Part shown: positions 46,233-56,064 of the stretch, one piece after another
How the letters are laid out: every line of letters begins with the position of its first letter
Numbering within the stretch: position 1 is the first letter of the stretch
Source of the DNA: a virus
Length of the DNA: 64,000 nt
Direction: 5' to 3' (one strand)
IMG/VR virus record: IMGVR_UViG_3300028800_000084
Coordinates: 7,286-71,285 of that record
Notes under the pieces: model-generated
Told to the model about the DNA's origin: nothing
The model's database searches: none
What the model saw: the letters and a program-made list of their open reading frames with translations, nothing else
Position numbers and translations under genes: made by a program

Positions 46233-47216
46233 TTAGCCATTGTAGATGTACTCCACGGTGCGGGTCGCTTGAGGTACTCCGAATTTGATAAGCTTGTAGT
46301 CCTCTAGCGCCTTGACGGTTGACGCTTGAATCCAGCGGACGTGATGGTTTCTCGCGTCGTACAGGTCGTGTCCGCCGCGCCGATTGAGAATAATCTTGCC
46401 GCCCTCCTTCAGAACATCCAGCGCCTCCCGCTGTGCCTTCGTCAGCGCCTTGCCCGCTGGCGCGTCCGCTTGCGCCGGGGCGACGGGCGGCACAAGTGAT
46501 TGCACGTCCTCGCTATCGAGCATAGGGGCAACTGCGCCGTTATCCCATTCAACCTTGAGTAGCCATTGCATACCGCTCAAGTGAAGCTCTTTCACGGTTC
46601 CTGCTTTCCAGGGACGGAATTTACTTTCCACGCGGTCGCCTACCTTGAACGGGACGTTCATCATCTTCGAAATCACCAGCCCGCTCTCCCACAGATGGTT
46701 TTTATTCCACTGACCCTCGGAGATTTTCAAATCGTGCAGAAAATCGTCGTTGCCGATGCGGTCGTAATCGCCGTCGCCTACGTAGACGAGTTTGCACGGA
46801 CTCACCGAGTAGGTGTGACACGTCGGGCAGTACATCGCTTGCCAACTCGTGCGCCGTACCACTTCGCCTGCTGGACGCGGCGGATAGTCGCCCGTTGGAA
46901 CAAGGATTTCCTTGCGGCACATTCCACACTTCGGACATTCGGCGTTGCCGTAGCCAGTGAACGTGCCACACGGTGACTTAACGCTGTCACCGAACGGCAA
47001 ATCGTCCGCCGTGTCCGCCGTCCCGTTCCGCTCGGCAAGCAGCAGGTCGATGATGTTGCGTAGCGTAGAGATATGTTCGACTGCCTCGCGGAAGTCGTCG
47101 TGTACATTACCCACCTGAGTAGCGCCCCATGCGTCGATGCTGTCAAGCGAACCTTGAATGTCGTCCAGCGCTTGACCGTCCGCCGCTTTTGTTGTATGCT
47201 CACTCGTGCTTTTCAT
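46233..47216 (-). CDS. Multidomain hypothetical protein (zinc ribbon, SH3-like, C-terminal wHTH-like)
   Basis: CPKC/CPTC, FKVGDRV...GTV, LTKAQREAL. Confidence 0.6.
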   Translation of the reverse strand: MKSTSEHTTKAADGQALDDIQGSLDSIDAWGATQVGNVHDDFREAVEHISTLRNIIDLLLAERNGTADTADDLPFGDSVKSPCGTFTGYGNAECPKCGMCRKEILVPTGDYPPRPAGEVVRRTSWQAMYCPTCHTYSVSPCKLVYVGDGDYDRIGNDDFLHDLKISEGQWNKNHLWESGLVISKMMNVPFKVGDRVESKFRPWKAGTVKELHLSGMQWLLKVEWDNGAVAPMLDSEDVQSLVPPVAPAQADAPAGKALTKAQREALDVLKEGGKIILNRRGGHDLYDARNHHVRWIQASTVKALEDYKLIKFGVPQATRTVEYIYNG

Positions 47217-47595
47217 TCTTTGCTCCTGTTCTCGTGACGCCTCGGCTTCGGTCGGGGCGTTGCTCTTTGTTCGATGTTAGGCCGTTTCCAGGCTGATGAC
47301 ATAATCAATTAGCTCCTGCGTGGGGTCGTCCGCCTCGTCAAAACTTTCGCCCCACTCCTCAATGTCGCGGCGGTCGCCAAACTCCGCAAAGCCTTCTGGC
47401 TCAACCATCAAGCGGTCGTAGGGTTTCAGGATAATGTCGCTGCCCTTTGTCCACGGGCGAACGGCGTAAATTCGGACGGTGGGCCACGCTTCGCGGTCGG
47501 TCGTCACTTCGCGGCAAGCTTTATTGCGGGCTACTTCGCTGTTCAGGAAATCTCCGAGGTTCACGTTTGTCTCCTCTCGTTCGTTCGATGTGTTC

Positions 47596-47624
47596 ACTAT
47601 ATCGCACATCGCAATAAAAGTCAA
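47596..47624 (-). promoter_or_regulatory. Sigma70-type promoter
   Basis: TTGACT-17-TATAGT on the minus strand. Confidence 0.7.
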
Positions 47625-47809
47625 CCCCGACCACGGCGTTCATTCTTGTACACAGAAATCCACAGGCGCAAGTCTGCCTCGTAGATTATCCAGTTGTAAC
47701 CAACCTTCGTGGCCTTCAGTTTGCCGCGCTTAATCGCCAACCGCACCGTTGCGCCGGTTCGGTCAGCCATGCGCGCCGCCTCGGTGACGCTGTACAGAGT
47801 TTCGCTCAT
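47621..47809 (-). CDS. Excisionase-like HTH_17 protein
   Basis: YSVTEAA...TVRLAIKRGKLKATKVGYNWII.EADL. Confidence 0.85.
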   Translation of the reverse strand: MSETLYSVTEAARMADRTGATVRLAIKRGKLKATKVGYNWIIYEADLRLWISVYKNERRGRG

Positions 47810-47973
47810 GTTCCCCTCGTGTTCATCCACATAATCAGGTCAGCAAGCGTTATCCACAGCCGCCGACCATCGCGCAGCACGGTCAGATTGTGGTTTTCCG
47901 CCGCCTTGTAAATAGCCGCTTGGGAGCAGCCCGCAATTTCAGCGGCCCGCTTCGGCGTCAAGTGTCGGTTCAC
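47806..47973 (-). CDS. Second excisionase-like HTH protein
   Basis: LTPKRAAEIAGCSQAAIYKA...DGRRLWITLADL. Confidence 0.7.
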   Translation of the reverse strand: MNRHLTPKRAAEIAGCSQAAIYKAAENHNLTVLRDGRRLWITLADLIMWMNTRGT

Positions 47974-49556
47974 GATTGACTTACCCTCCTCCACGCCGTC
48001 TCAGCGTTCTGCTTTGCCTCGTCCACGTCCATCGCCTCGCCCTGCGCCACCGGCCCATCGCCCCGGCGCAAGTCCCACACGAACCAGTCGCCGCTCGCCC
48101 CGTGGACGATGAGGACGTAGCGCGGGTTATCGTCAATGAGAACGCTGGCTGAGTACACGTCGTCGGTAGTGTGCAACCAGGGCGTCATCGTTCATCCTTC
48201 CCCGTCGCGGCGAGCAGCACCAGCGCCGCCGCCAGGGTCGCCTCCAACTCGTCCACGCGCTGTTCAAGCGCTTCTATGCGCCGGTACACGTCCTGCATCG
48301 TCGTCGGGCCAGCGGTGGACGCGAGTGTGAGGGACGCCAGCGGCACATGCGCCCGTCTGCCGTCGCTGTCCCAGACGACCCAGGCCCGATCAGCGAGTAG
48401 GTCAACGCCCGCCGCATCGAACACGCCCGTTCCGTAGATTTCGTGCTGAACCTTGTTGCCAGGGCTGAACTGGACGTTCATCGTTTACCGTCCATCCAAC
48501 GGATAAACAGGCTCGCTCCCAGAGAGAGCAATAGCCAGAAAAGGACAATGAGCAACGAGGGCGGTGTGTGCGTCAAAGCGCTGCTCACTATCCACGTCAT
48601 AACAAAACAGAAAACTGCGAGAAAGCCATACCATATGGCGGGAAGCCGCTTAACGTTCATGGCGTATGTTCCTCATTGTGCCGCGCCAGCAGGTCAGCCG
48701 TGCGCTGTGCGGCCAGGGCGTTGTAGTCCAGTAGGTCGGACGGGTCGGCAGGCGTATAGTGCGGGTTATTTTCACGGATATATTGTTCCTCGTATGCTTC
48801 CGCCAGTTCCGCCCGCGCCGCGTCCCGTTCCCGCGTCAGGGCGTCCACCAGGGCGAGCAGGTTAGCTACGTGTTCGGGTGCGTGAGCAATGAACTCGGCG
48901 TCATCAACGTTGTACACCTGAGCAATCAGAGTACCGCCACCCACCACGGCAACCTCAACCCATTCACCGCCGTGTCCTCGCGGTGCTGGACGGGTGTCCC
49001 AGATGTCAGTTCCCAGAGCATCTAGCTCTGCTACAATTTCCGCCACGTCGGTCATTTCGCCGCCTTCGACTTTCGCTTACCCATCGGCGGCTTGTGTGGC
49101 TTGCCTAGAATGTAGGCGATGTCGAGTTCGCAACGGGCGAGAAAGCTGTCGGCTTCTGTCAGTGCCGCCGCCAATTCTTTGCGCTCCTTGTTTATTTTGA
49201 TGCGGTTGAGAAGGACGCATAGCAACGTTTCTCGGCTTCCAATCTCGTTGTAATCCAGGTTGCTGTTGTAGTTGTGTTTTGCGACCCGGACGATGAGAAG
49301 CTGATAATCCAGTTCATCGAACGTCATGTCCAGGTACGTCTCGATAGGCGGTAGTGTCACTTTATTTTCTTCTGCCACGGTTCCTCCCTGTGAAAACACA
49401 CGTCCATTCGCGGCGGCCTGTCGGCCCGCTCCAGCACGCAACCGACAGACCAGTACTCGGCAATCTTCAGCGCCGTCGCGTCCCGGCGGGCGGGGTCGGC
49501 GTCCAGCACCGCCAGCACGCAACCACAGCAGGGACGGCGCAGCACCCACACGGCGC

Positions 49557-50147
49557 TCACGTTGCAACCTTGAATGTCAGGCACCAGGCGTCGTACAGTT
49601 TCGCGGGACGGGCGTTTAGCTGTTCCATGACGAACTGCCAACTTATCAGTTCGCGCCGTGTCCCAAAGCGCGGAGGGAGATCCCACTGAGCAATGCGGTC
49701 GTAGAAGCCGCACCACACCTTCAGGAACTCACGTGGCCCGTCAAACCCTTCCGCCCGTGCATCGTCGGCGCTGATGCTGCGCGCGTCCTCACGTTTAATT
49801 GCCGTGATGCAGATACGCAGTTGAACATAGCCGATAGCCTGTAGCTCAGCGTCATTGTACGGCTTTCCGTTCGGGGCGCGGTCATCGAGCATCATCACAC
49901 GCTCTTTGCCGGGATAGTACCAGATTGACCGCTTTCCACGGCCTGGACACACGGCGTAACTCTTGCCGACTTCCCAGATTTTTCGCGTAGAGTATGGTTC
50001 TTCCCGTACAAGTCGAACGTCCGTAATCTCTATCGGCTTGTCCATGTACCCGTTTGCCCAACAAACCTGACCCGGCTTGAAAGGTTGTCTCGTTTGAGTT
50101 TTCTCACCCGCGAGGATTTTCTCTATCAATTCAGCCTTAAACAGCAC
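49557..50147 (-). CDS. ASCH domain protein
   Basis: ILAGEKTQTRQ and ITAIKRE...ISADDARAEGF. Confidence 0.85.
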   Translation of the reverse strand: MLFKAELIEKILAGEKTQTRQPFKPGQVCWANGYMDKPIEITDVRLVREEPYSTRKIWEVGKSYAVCPGRGKRSIWYYPGKERVMMLDDRAPNGKPYNDAELQAIGYVQLRICITAIKREDARSISADDARAEGFDGPREFLKVWCGFYDRIAQWDLPPRFGTRRELISWQFVMEQLNARPAKLYDAWCLTFKVAT

Positions 50148-51792
50148 CGTCCACCTCCTCGTCCAAGTCCTGCTGCACCTGCTCTAGCGCCGCCAGTTGC
50201 CGTTCAGCGCTCGTGCCGTCCTGGATAGCGGACAGCGCGGCGATGCGATAGGCCGACTTGCGGGCGGCGGGCAGAGCCGAGGCGCGGATAGCTGTCACGA
50301 GTTTTAGCAGCGCGGTGTCCACGGCGTCGAAAGCGCCCATGATTGAGGCGTAAGTTGGTAGTGTGTCCATCAGTCGTTCCCTTCGTTGTAATCGTCGTCA
50401 AGGTCAAAGTCGGGCAACGGTTCGTCGTCGTCATCGAAATCTGGCTCGTCGTCAAAGTCGTCGTCTGTGGGGTTATCGGTGAACAACCACGGGAAACAGA
50501 AGTAATCAATGTCTTGACCGGGATAAGTTGCCATAGTTATTTCCCTCCGTACACGTACTTATGTGCCACACTCACGCAGTTCTGCCTGCTGTTGGCGCTG
50601 CCCGCAGCCACGTCCGCACCGCAGTGAACGAGCGTCCAGTCGAAGGCGCACGGGCCACGGTTCTGTGCGCCGCGCCGGATGGTCAGTCCGTAGTCGTCAG
50701 CCACCAACCGCGCCGCCTGCGGAGACACTGACCACAATGCCGAGACGGGCGCGTGGAGGTCGCTCACAGCTTCATCCACCAGTCCCGGATGCTGTCCGGG
50801 TGTTTGTTCCCATAACGCAACCTGAGTTGGAAGCCCGACGGGTCGAACGGCATCAGCGCGTCATCAACGATAGCCTGCTTCTTTGCGGATTCGATGTCGG
50901 CAAGTTTTGTTTCCAACTCGTCCCGTTCTTCCTCAGCTTTATCGCGCTGTCCTTCCAAATCTCCGATGTCGTAGTCCAGGTCATCGATGCGCCGCTCAAG
51001 CCGTGCGATTTGTTCGCGCAGTTCGCCCTCGTCGCTCATGCCGTCGCCACCCAAATCCGCCCGTTGCGGCACTCAATGAGATTGAACCGCCTGAGGCGCT
51101 TGATTACTTCACGGGCAATGTACCCGACGCCCTGTAACGCCTCGTTAAGCCAGTAATGCCCATCTGCGAACACGGCCCGGCTCTGGATAATCGCCAGTGC
51201 GCCAATCTCGGTTACGGACAATGCACGGCGCGTTTTCCTCTTTTCCTCAACAGGCTTGTAGAGACTAGGGCCGACAAGCGCCGTTTGCGCAATCTTGCGC
51301 CGCTCCGCGTCTCGCGCCATTCCGCTCATAGCGCGGGAGGATAAAGATTGCCTTAAGTTACGATTGTGCTTCACTTGCCACCTCCGAACGGCTTGCCGCG
51401 CCGTCGCACCGGGCGTCCGTTGCCGTGCCGCGTCGGGCGCGTGCCGCCGAGCGTGGGCGCGGTCGGTGCCGTCGCGGGCACGGTGTGACCGACGTAGGGA
51501 GTTTTCTTACCGTCTGCTGGCATATTGTTTTCTCCTTAATGTCCTCTATTACCGTTCTTCCAGTTGTCGGGCGGCGGCGGCATCAGGTGATATATCTCGC
51601 CTCTCAGCGCCCATGCCCGTCCTGCGTCGTCAATCTTTTCGCCTTGATTATGACCGCCGTCTAGAATGAGCGTATCACCATCGTAAAGCCGGATGCCGTA
51701 GACGCCCGCGCAATAGCGAACGACGAACGCGCTGCGCTGACTGCCAATCCAGGCGTGTTCCGTGTCGTCTACAATTTCTTCGTAGTCGTCAA

Positions 51793-52635
51793 TCACGTTC
51801 CCTTCTTTCGTTCCGCGCTCGGCTGCGCTACGTAGGCGGCCTCTGTTGGGCATAGCCCCTTCTTTCTGAGTTTGTCGAAAAACTCATCAACCTGTTTCAT
51901 GATAGTTGTCGCGGTGCCCTCTCCGCATTTCTCGCACAGCCATTCGTAAGCGTCTTCGTCATTTTTGCTGCTGCTGCAAGCTCGGCACATGGGAACGATG
52001 TTTGTTGGGATTGTGCCAGGGCAATCCGCATCTTGAATGGAAATCCAATGGTCTTTTACGAGCGGCTTCTCCTTTCTGCATACCACACAGCGATACCCAA
52101 AATAAGCACAAGCGTATAACCAGTCGTCTTTTGTCAAAGTGTGAGGTAGCTCGGCTTTGCGCCTGTACCTTTGCAACATTGCGGCGTTTCGTATTTCTGG
52201 GTGCGTACGGCGCCACTCCGCAACCATTTTCGTATTGCACGCATGACATCTTGAAGGAAACCACTTCCCGTCCCTGTAGTACCCGACAAAGAATTCTTTA
52301 GTTCTCGGAAATACACCCTTGCAGTCGGGACACTTTTTAAGCCCCGCTTGCCGAAGCTCGTGCGCCTCCTTTAGTTTCGGGTGAGCGTCAAGGTATCGTT
52401 CTCTATGCGCCCTTTGGTGTCTGGCGATAGATTCTGGTTTCGGAGGATGGTTTTTGTAACGTTCTCTCGAATATGCGCGTCCTTTCTCGGTGTTAGCCTC
52501 TGCGCGTCTACATTCATTACAGTCTGGACGCAGGCCGTATTTGCCGTGCTTGTTGGGCGTAAAATACCCCCTGGTTGCCGGTAGCTCTCGGTGGCATTTC
52601 GTACAGACTTTTGTCAGGATGTCAGCGCTTATCAT
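51793..52635 (-). CDS. HNH endonuclease (third paralog, co-oriented with its operon)
   Basis: Two zinc fingers, LPHTLT..DW, CVVC...DHWI...NIVPMCRACSSSK. Confidence 0.85.
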   Translation of the reverse strand: MISADILTKVCTKCHRELPATRGYFTPNKHGKYGLRPDCNECRRAEANTEKGRAYSRERYKNHPPKPESIARHQRAHRERYLDAHPKLKEAHELRQAGLKKCPDCKGVFPRTKEFFVGYYRDGKWFPSRCHACNTKMVAEWRRTHPEIRNAAMLQRYRRKAELPHTLTKDDWLYACAYFGYRCVVCRKEKPLVKDHWISIQDADCPGTIPTNIVPMCRACSSSKNDEDAYEWLCEKCGEGTATTIMKQVDEFFDKLRKKGLCPTEAAYVAQPSAERKKGT

Positions 52636-52804
52636 TATCTATGCGCTCCCATTTAACTACCTTGCGGTAGCCGTTCCGCTTGAGAACGTACCGCACGTTA
52701 TATTCGTGCTCTCCCGCCATACGCGCTACGTCAAATACGGTATGCCCATTGTTGAGCAAATCTACAACCCACTCAATTTTCAGCTTTGTTCGCGTTTTTG
52801 CCAT
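52622..52804 (-). CDS. Small HTH protein at a divergent promoter region (Cro-like position)
   Basis: GHTVFDVARMAGEHEYNVRYVLKRNG. Confidence 0.6.
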   Translation of the reverse strand: MAKTRTKLKIEWVVDLLNNGHTVFDVARMAGEHEYNVRYVLKRNGYRKVVKWERIDNDKR

Positions 52805-52840
52805 TCGGTGTTCTCCATCGTATCTCTATTATATTACCAC

Positions 52841-52869
52841 TTGCGCAAAAAGCAATCCCCGATTATACT
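52841..52869 (+). promoter_or_regulatory. Rightward promoter in the divergent control region
   Basis: TTGCGC-17-TATACT. Confidence 0.6.
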
Positions 52870-52915
52870 CAGGCGTAGTATCAAGTTTTGTCAACACACG
52901 AAAGGACGTTCAATT

Positions 52916-53410
52916 ATGGTTTCCATTAAGGGCTTGTCCCGCAACGCCGTAATCGCCGCTCTGTACAACGGCTCTACACCGCTTGGCGTGGGCTTTATGC
53001 ACTTCGACCCGAAACCGATGACTGAAGCGGACGCCGCTAAGCGCTTCGACGGCCAGGGTTATTTCGATTATCTGGATGGGCGCGTGATGAAAATCCGCAT
53101 CGACCCGACCAGCGACGAAATCGACCCGCGCCTGTACGACCGCGACAACGGCGACGGGGCCGCTCAGCGTGTCATTGACGAACTGCGGGCCACGAACGAC
53201 ACCAACTCCGACGTTATCGCGCGGCGGGCGCAAGAGGCCACCTACGCCAGCGCGCAGGAACTCAAGACGCACCTGCACGAGTGGGACAAGTACACCGAAG
53301 ACGGTGACGTTGCCACGTTCACGATAGGCCTGTCCGACGTTGCACCGTACCTCGCGCCCAAGCTGGACGCTGTGCTGAACGACAAGACCGACGCCGACAC
53401 GGACGAATAA
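52916..53410 (+). CDS. Conserved viral hypothetical protein
   Basis: ATG at 52916 after AAAGGA; ALYN.S.PLG.GF...YFDYL.GRVMK...LYDRDNG.G.A motif. Confidence 0.75.
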   Translation: MVSIKGLSRNAVIAALYNGSTPLGVGFMHFDPKPMTEADAAKRFDGQGYFDYLDGRVMKIRIDPTSDEIDPRLYDRDNGDGAAQRVIDELRATNDTNSDVIARRAQEATYASAQELKTHLHEWDKYTEDGDVATFTIGLSDVAPYLAPKLDAVLNDKTDADTDE

Positions 53411-53413
53411 GCT

Positions 53414-53731
53414 ATGTCACAAATCATTATCACGGGCGCAAGTGACGACCTCATTGAAATCGACGGCGACCTGAGTGAGGAGTTCAACTGGTACGTCACC
53501 GAGGACGACGACCGCCGGTTCCTTGCCGTGTCGGACGGGACACTACTGGCGGTACAGTACGACGGCGACGGGCTGTGGCGGTTCGTCGTGTTGGTGACAG
53601 GCGCGGCACAGTACCAGCACGAGCCAGGCAGCGTTGCCGACGACACCAACGATGTGGTGACGCTGACGCAAGACGCGCCGTTCGCCTGGGTGCTGTTCGG
53701 CGCGGATAAGGCCGTGCGGAAGGGGAAGTAG
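53414..53731 (+). CDS. Conserved phage hypothetical protein
   Basis: GASDDLIEIDG...EEF motif. Confidence 0.7.
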   Translation: MSQIIITGASDDLIEIDGDLSEEFNWYVTEDDDRRFLAVSDGTLLAVQYDGDGLWRFVVLVTGAAQYQHEPGSVADDTNDVVTLTQDAPFAWVLFGADKAVRKGK

Positions 53732-53736
53732 AGATC

Positions 53737-54639
53737 ATGGAGCGCTCAATAGACGTATCGGCAATCCGCACCCAAACAAAAACCCGTTGGATAAAGTCGC
53801 AACGGCGCAAGGTGTCGCTTGTGGATCGGATTGACCAATCTGTATCATGGTGGCTCGTCATTATCGCTGCCACGATTTACCTGTTGAGCGCTCCGCACAC
53901 GGCGGCAACGTTTGACCGTCTCACGCCGGGATGGGGATGGGTCGCTCCGTTCTTTGTGGAGTTCGGCTTGCTCTACGTGGCCTTCACCAGAAAGAAGCAG
54001 CGACAGAACAACGAAACCGTCACATGGTTAGTCTGGGGACTAGAGATACTTCTCTTTGTAACCGCTGTTATCGTCAACGGGGCGGGCGCATTTACGGCGG
54101 CAGTCACGAGCGCCCATCTGGAAGATCTATCATTTAGCGATATGGTCAGCGGATTTGGGACGCTTCCGGCGACCAGTCAGGTAGCTCTTGTCTTGGTTCC
54201 CATCGCAGCCCTGATTATCCCTATTGGTACAAGTGCAGCAGGAGAGGGGTTGGCGGCGCTGGTTTTAGAGCGGAAAGAAATAAAGGATGATTTAGAGGTT
54301 CAATGGGCTGAAGTTGAAGCGCATCAGCTTTACGTCGCGTTTTTTGAAGCGCTTATTGCCGCAGAGGTTACGGTTGGCAGGGCGCGTAAAATGGCGCATT
54401 CCTACGCAGCCGGAATAACGGAAACGGCGGAAATCGTGGACGACAGCGAACCGCCGACGGAAAAACTTGCACTTCCTAAAGGAGAAGCAAAGACGCGGCT
54501 CGACGCCCTTCTCTTGAGCGATCCGGCGTCCGTCCGCTATTCCGCTACGCAACTCATGGAACTTACGGGCGCTGGCAAGACGGCGGTTTATGATTGGAAA
54601 GCACTTCACGGCAACAGCAACGGGAGTAAGCATGATTAA
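53737..54639 (+). CDS. Multi-TM protein with C-terminal HTH (DUF2637/Spd-like architecture)
   Basis: About four hydrophobic segments, then SATQLMELTGAGKTAVYDW. Confidence 0.6.
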   Translation: MERSIDVSAIRTQTKTRWIKSQRRKVSLVDRIDQSVSWWLVIIAATIYLLSAPHTAATFDRLTPGWGWVAPFFVEFGLLYVAFTRKKQRQNNETVTWLVWGLEILLFVTAVIVNGAGAFTAAVTSAHLEDLSFSDMVSGFGTLPATSQVALVLVPIAALIIPIGTSAAGEGLAALVLERKEIKDDLEVQWAEVEAHQLYVAFFEALIAAEVTVGRARKMAHSYAAGITETAEIVDDSEPPTEKLALPKGEAKTRLDALLLSDPASVRYSATQLMELTGAGKTAVYDWKALHGNSNGSKHD

Positions 54640-54848
54640 ACGTTTAGTAGGCAAAGGAAACCTGACGACCATTCTTTTTGTCATCGGCACATGGTTGTCG
54701 TTTCGAACAGCAGCAATAGCTCTGATGGGGGATCGCCTTCAACTATCGGATGTCGGTTTCTACATCACCGTAATTATAGGAATGTGCATTGTGCTGTTCG
54801 ATGAGTTGTGGACTTCACCGCGCACGCATAAAATGTTTGAGGCTGAGC

Positions 54849-54995
54849 ATGTGCGCGATGTGGCAGATGGCGGCGGCGGGCTTGGACGCAGCGTATGACG
54901 GCGTGCTGTACGTGGGCGACCGATCGGAGGACGAGCGAGCGGCACTGGACGCCGACGTATCGTTCGAGTGGGCAACGGACTTCTTTGGAGCGTAG
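54849..54995 (+). pseudogene. C-terminal remnant of a HAD-family phosphatase
   Basis: LYVGDRSEDERAA..ADVSFEWA.DFF (HAD motif IV) with no upstream DxD motif. Confidence 0.5.
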
Positions 54996-55480
54996 CGCCC
55001 GCACACGACGCGGGAGGGGAGCGAGGGACGATGGACGAACGAGAACGGATTGAGCGTGCAGTGATAACAGCGCTGGCCTTTGGCGGAGACGGCGACGCTC
55101 TCGCGGCGGGTCAGTCGCGGCGCATTGCCGCAAGGATTGCCAACGCTCTAGTCGCCGCCCCACGCGACACCTGGGCGGCGACGTTCGATGCGCCGCCCGC
55201 GCCCGCGTGGTCATCCGAGTGGCCCACCGAACCGGGCTTCTACTGGTTCTACGGCGAACTTACACCGAGCGCTCCGAAACGAATGACCGTCATGGCAGTT
55301 CGACCAGCCGAGGGCGAAGGATTACCGCTACCGGTCTACGGCGTGGACGTGTTCGGCTTCGACAAGCGTTTCTGGCAGTTCGAGGGCATGAGCGGCCTGT
55401 GGCTGCCCGCTACGCTGCCACCGACGCCCTAGCGCTCTAGGGTGTATGCACTGCATACGTCCTTGTGCTAGAATAGTCCC

Positions 55481-55753
55481 GTGCGTGGAAAGTTAGCTCA
55501 GAGGCAGCGATCTTCTAACGAGTGGGTGACAGCCCAAAGTGACATAGGGAGTTGGCTACGACACTCCCCTTGAACTGCTGTTGAAGCGGAACACAAGTAG
55601 CCTCAAGAGTCGATAACGCTCACGGACGGCACGGGGAAACCGACTTTGCAAGTAACCCGACCGCGAAGGCAAGCGACCACGAGAAAACGTTGCAAGGCGG
55701 AAGTCGGGCGAAATGACCAATAGCCCTTTGGCGTAGCAGCACACCACGCACGG
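55481..55753 (+). ncRNA. Candidate structured non-coding RNA
   Basis: Extended -10 TGcTAGAAT; closing helix CCGTGCGTGG/CCACGCACGG; several internal hairpins; no credible ORF. Confidence 0.55.
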
Positions 55754-55796
55754 CACCGACCGCCACGAGCCGACAATCGCAGCGGAGCATGATCAC

Positions 55797-55832
55797 GAGC
55801 GGGGCTACCTACGCGGGACGGCCCCGCTCTTT
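55797..55832 (+). terminator. Hairpin terminator
   Basis: GAGCGGGGC...GCCCCGCTC followed by TTT. Confidence 0.6.
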
Positions 55833-55836
55833 GCTG

Positions 55837-55929
55837 TCAACCCGCCGCGTGCAGCACGAGCGCCACAGCCAGCGCCAGCCCGATGACGACACCGAGCGCG
55901 AACCAACTGAGCGCTTGACGACGCGACAT
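55837..55929 (-). CDS. 30-aa single-TM peptide
   Basis: MSRRQALSWFALGVVIGLALAVALVLHAAG; SD GGAGG; upstream extended -10 TGcTACAAT. Confidence 0.6.
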   Translation of the reverse strand: MSRRQALSWFALGVVIGLALAVALVLHAAG

Positions 55930-56064
55930 GTGCGCCTCCGTAGAACGATGGGCGGGATTGTAGCACCGAACGGCGCTATGAGATATAATTAACCCTAATG
56001 CTAAACGCAAAACGCCGGGGCATGAATCCCGGCGCAATGCTTGTCATGAAAGGTAGGCACTTCC

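Noticed and set aside
44889-46491. 50-bp duplicate as a DGR template/variable repeat pair
   Set aside because: The copies are identical with no adenine-specific mismatches, and there is no reverse transcriptase in the window.
55481-55832. Group II intron (starts GTGCG), tmRNA or RNase P RNA
   Set aside because: No convincing domain V/VI, no interrupted gene, no T-arm or CCA end, no complete RNase P P4 consensus.
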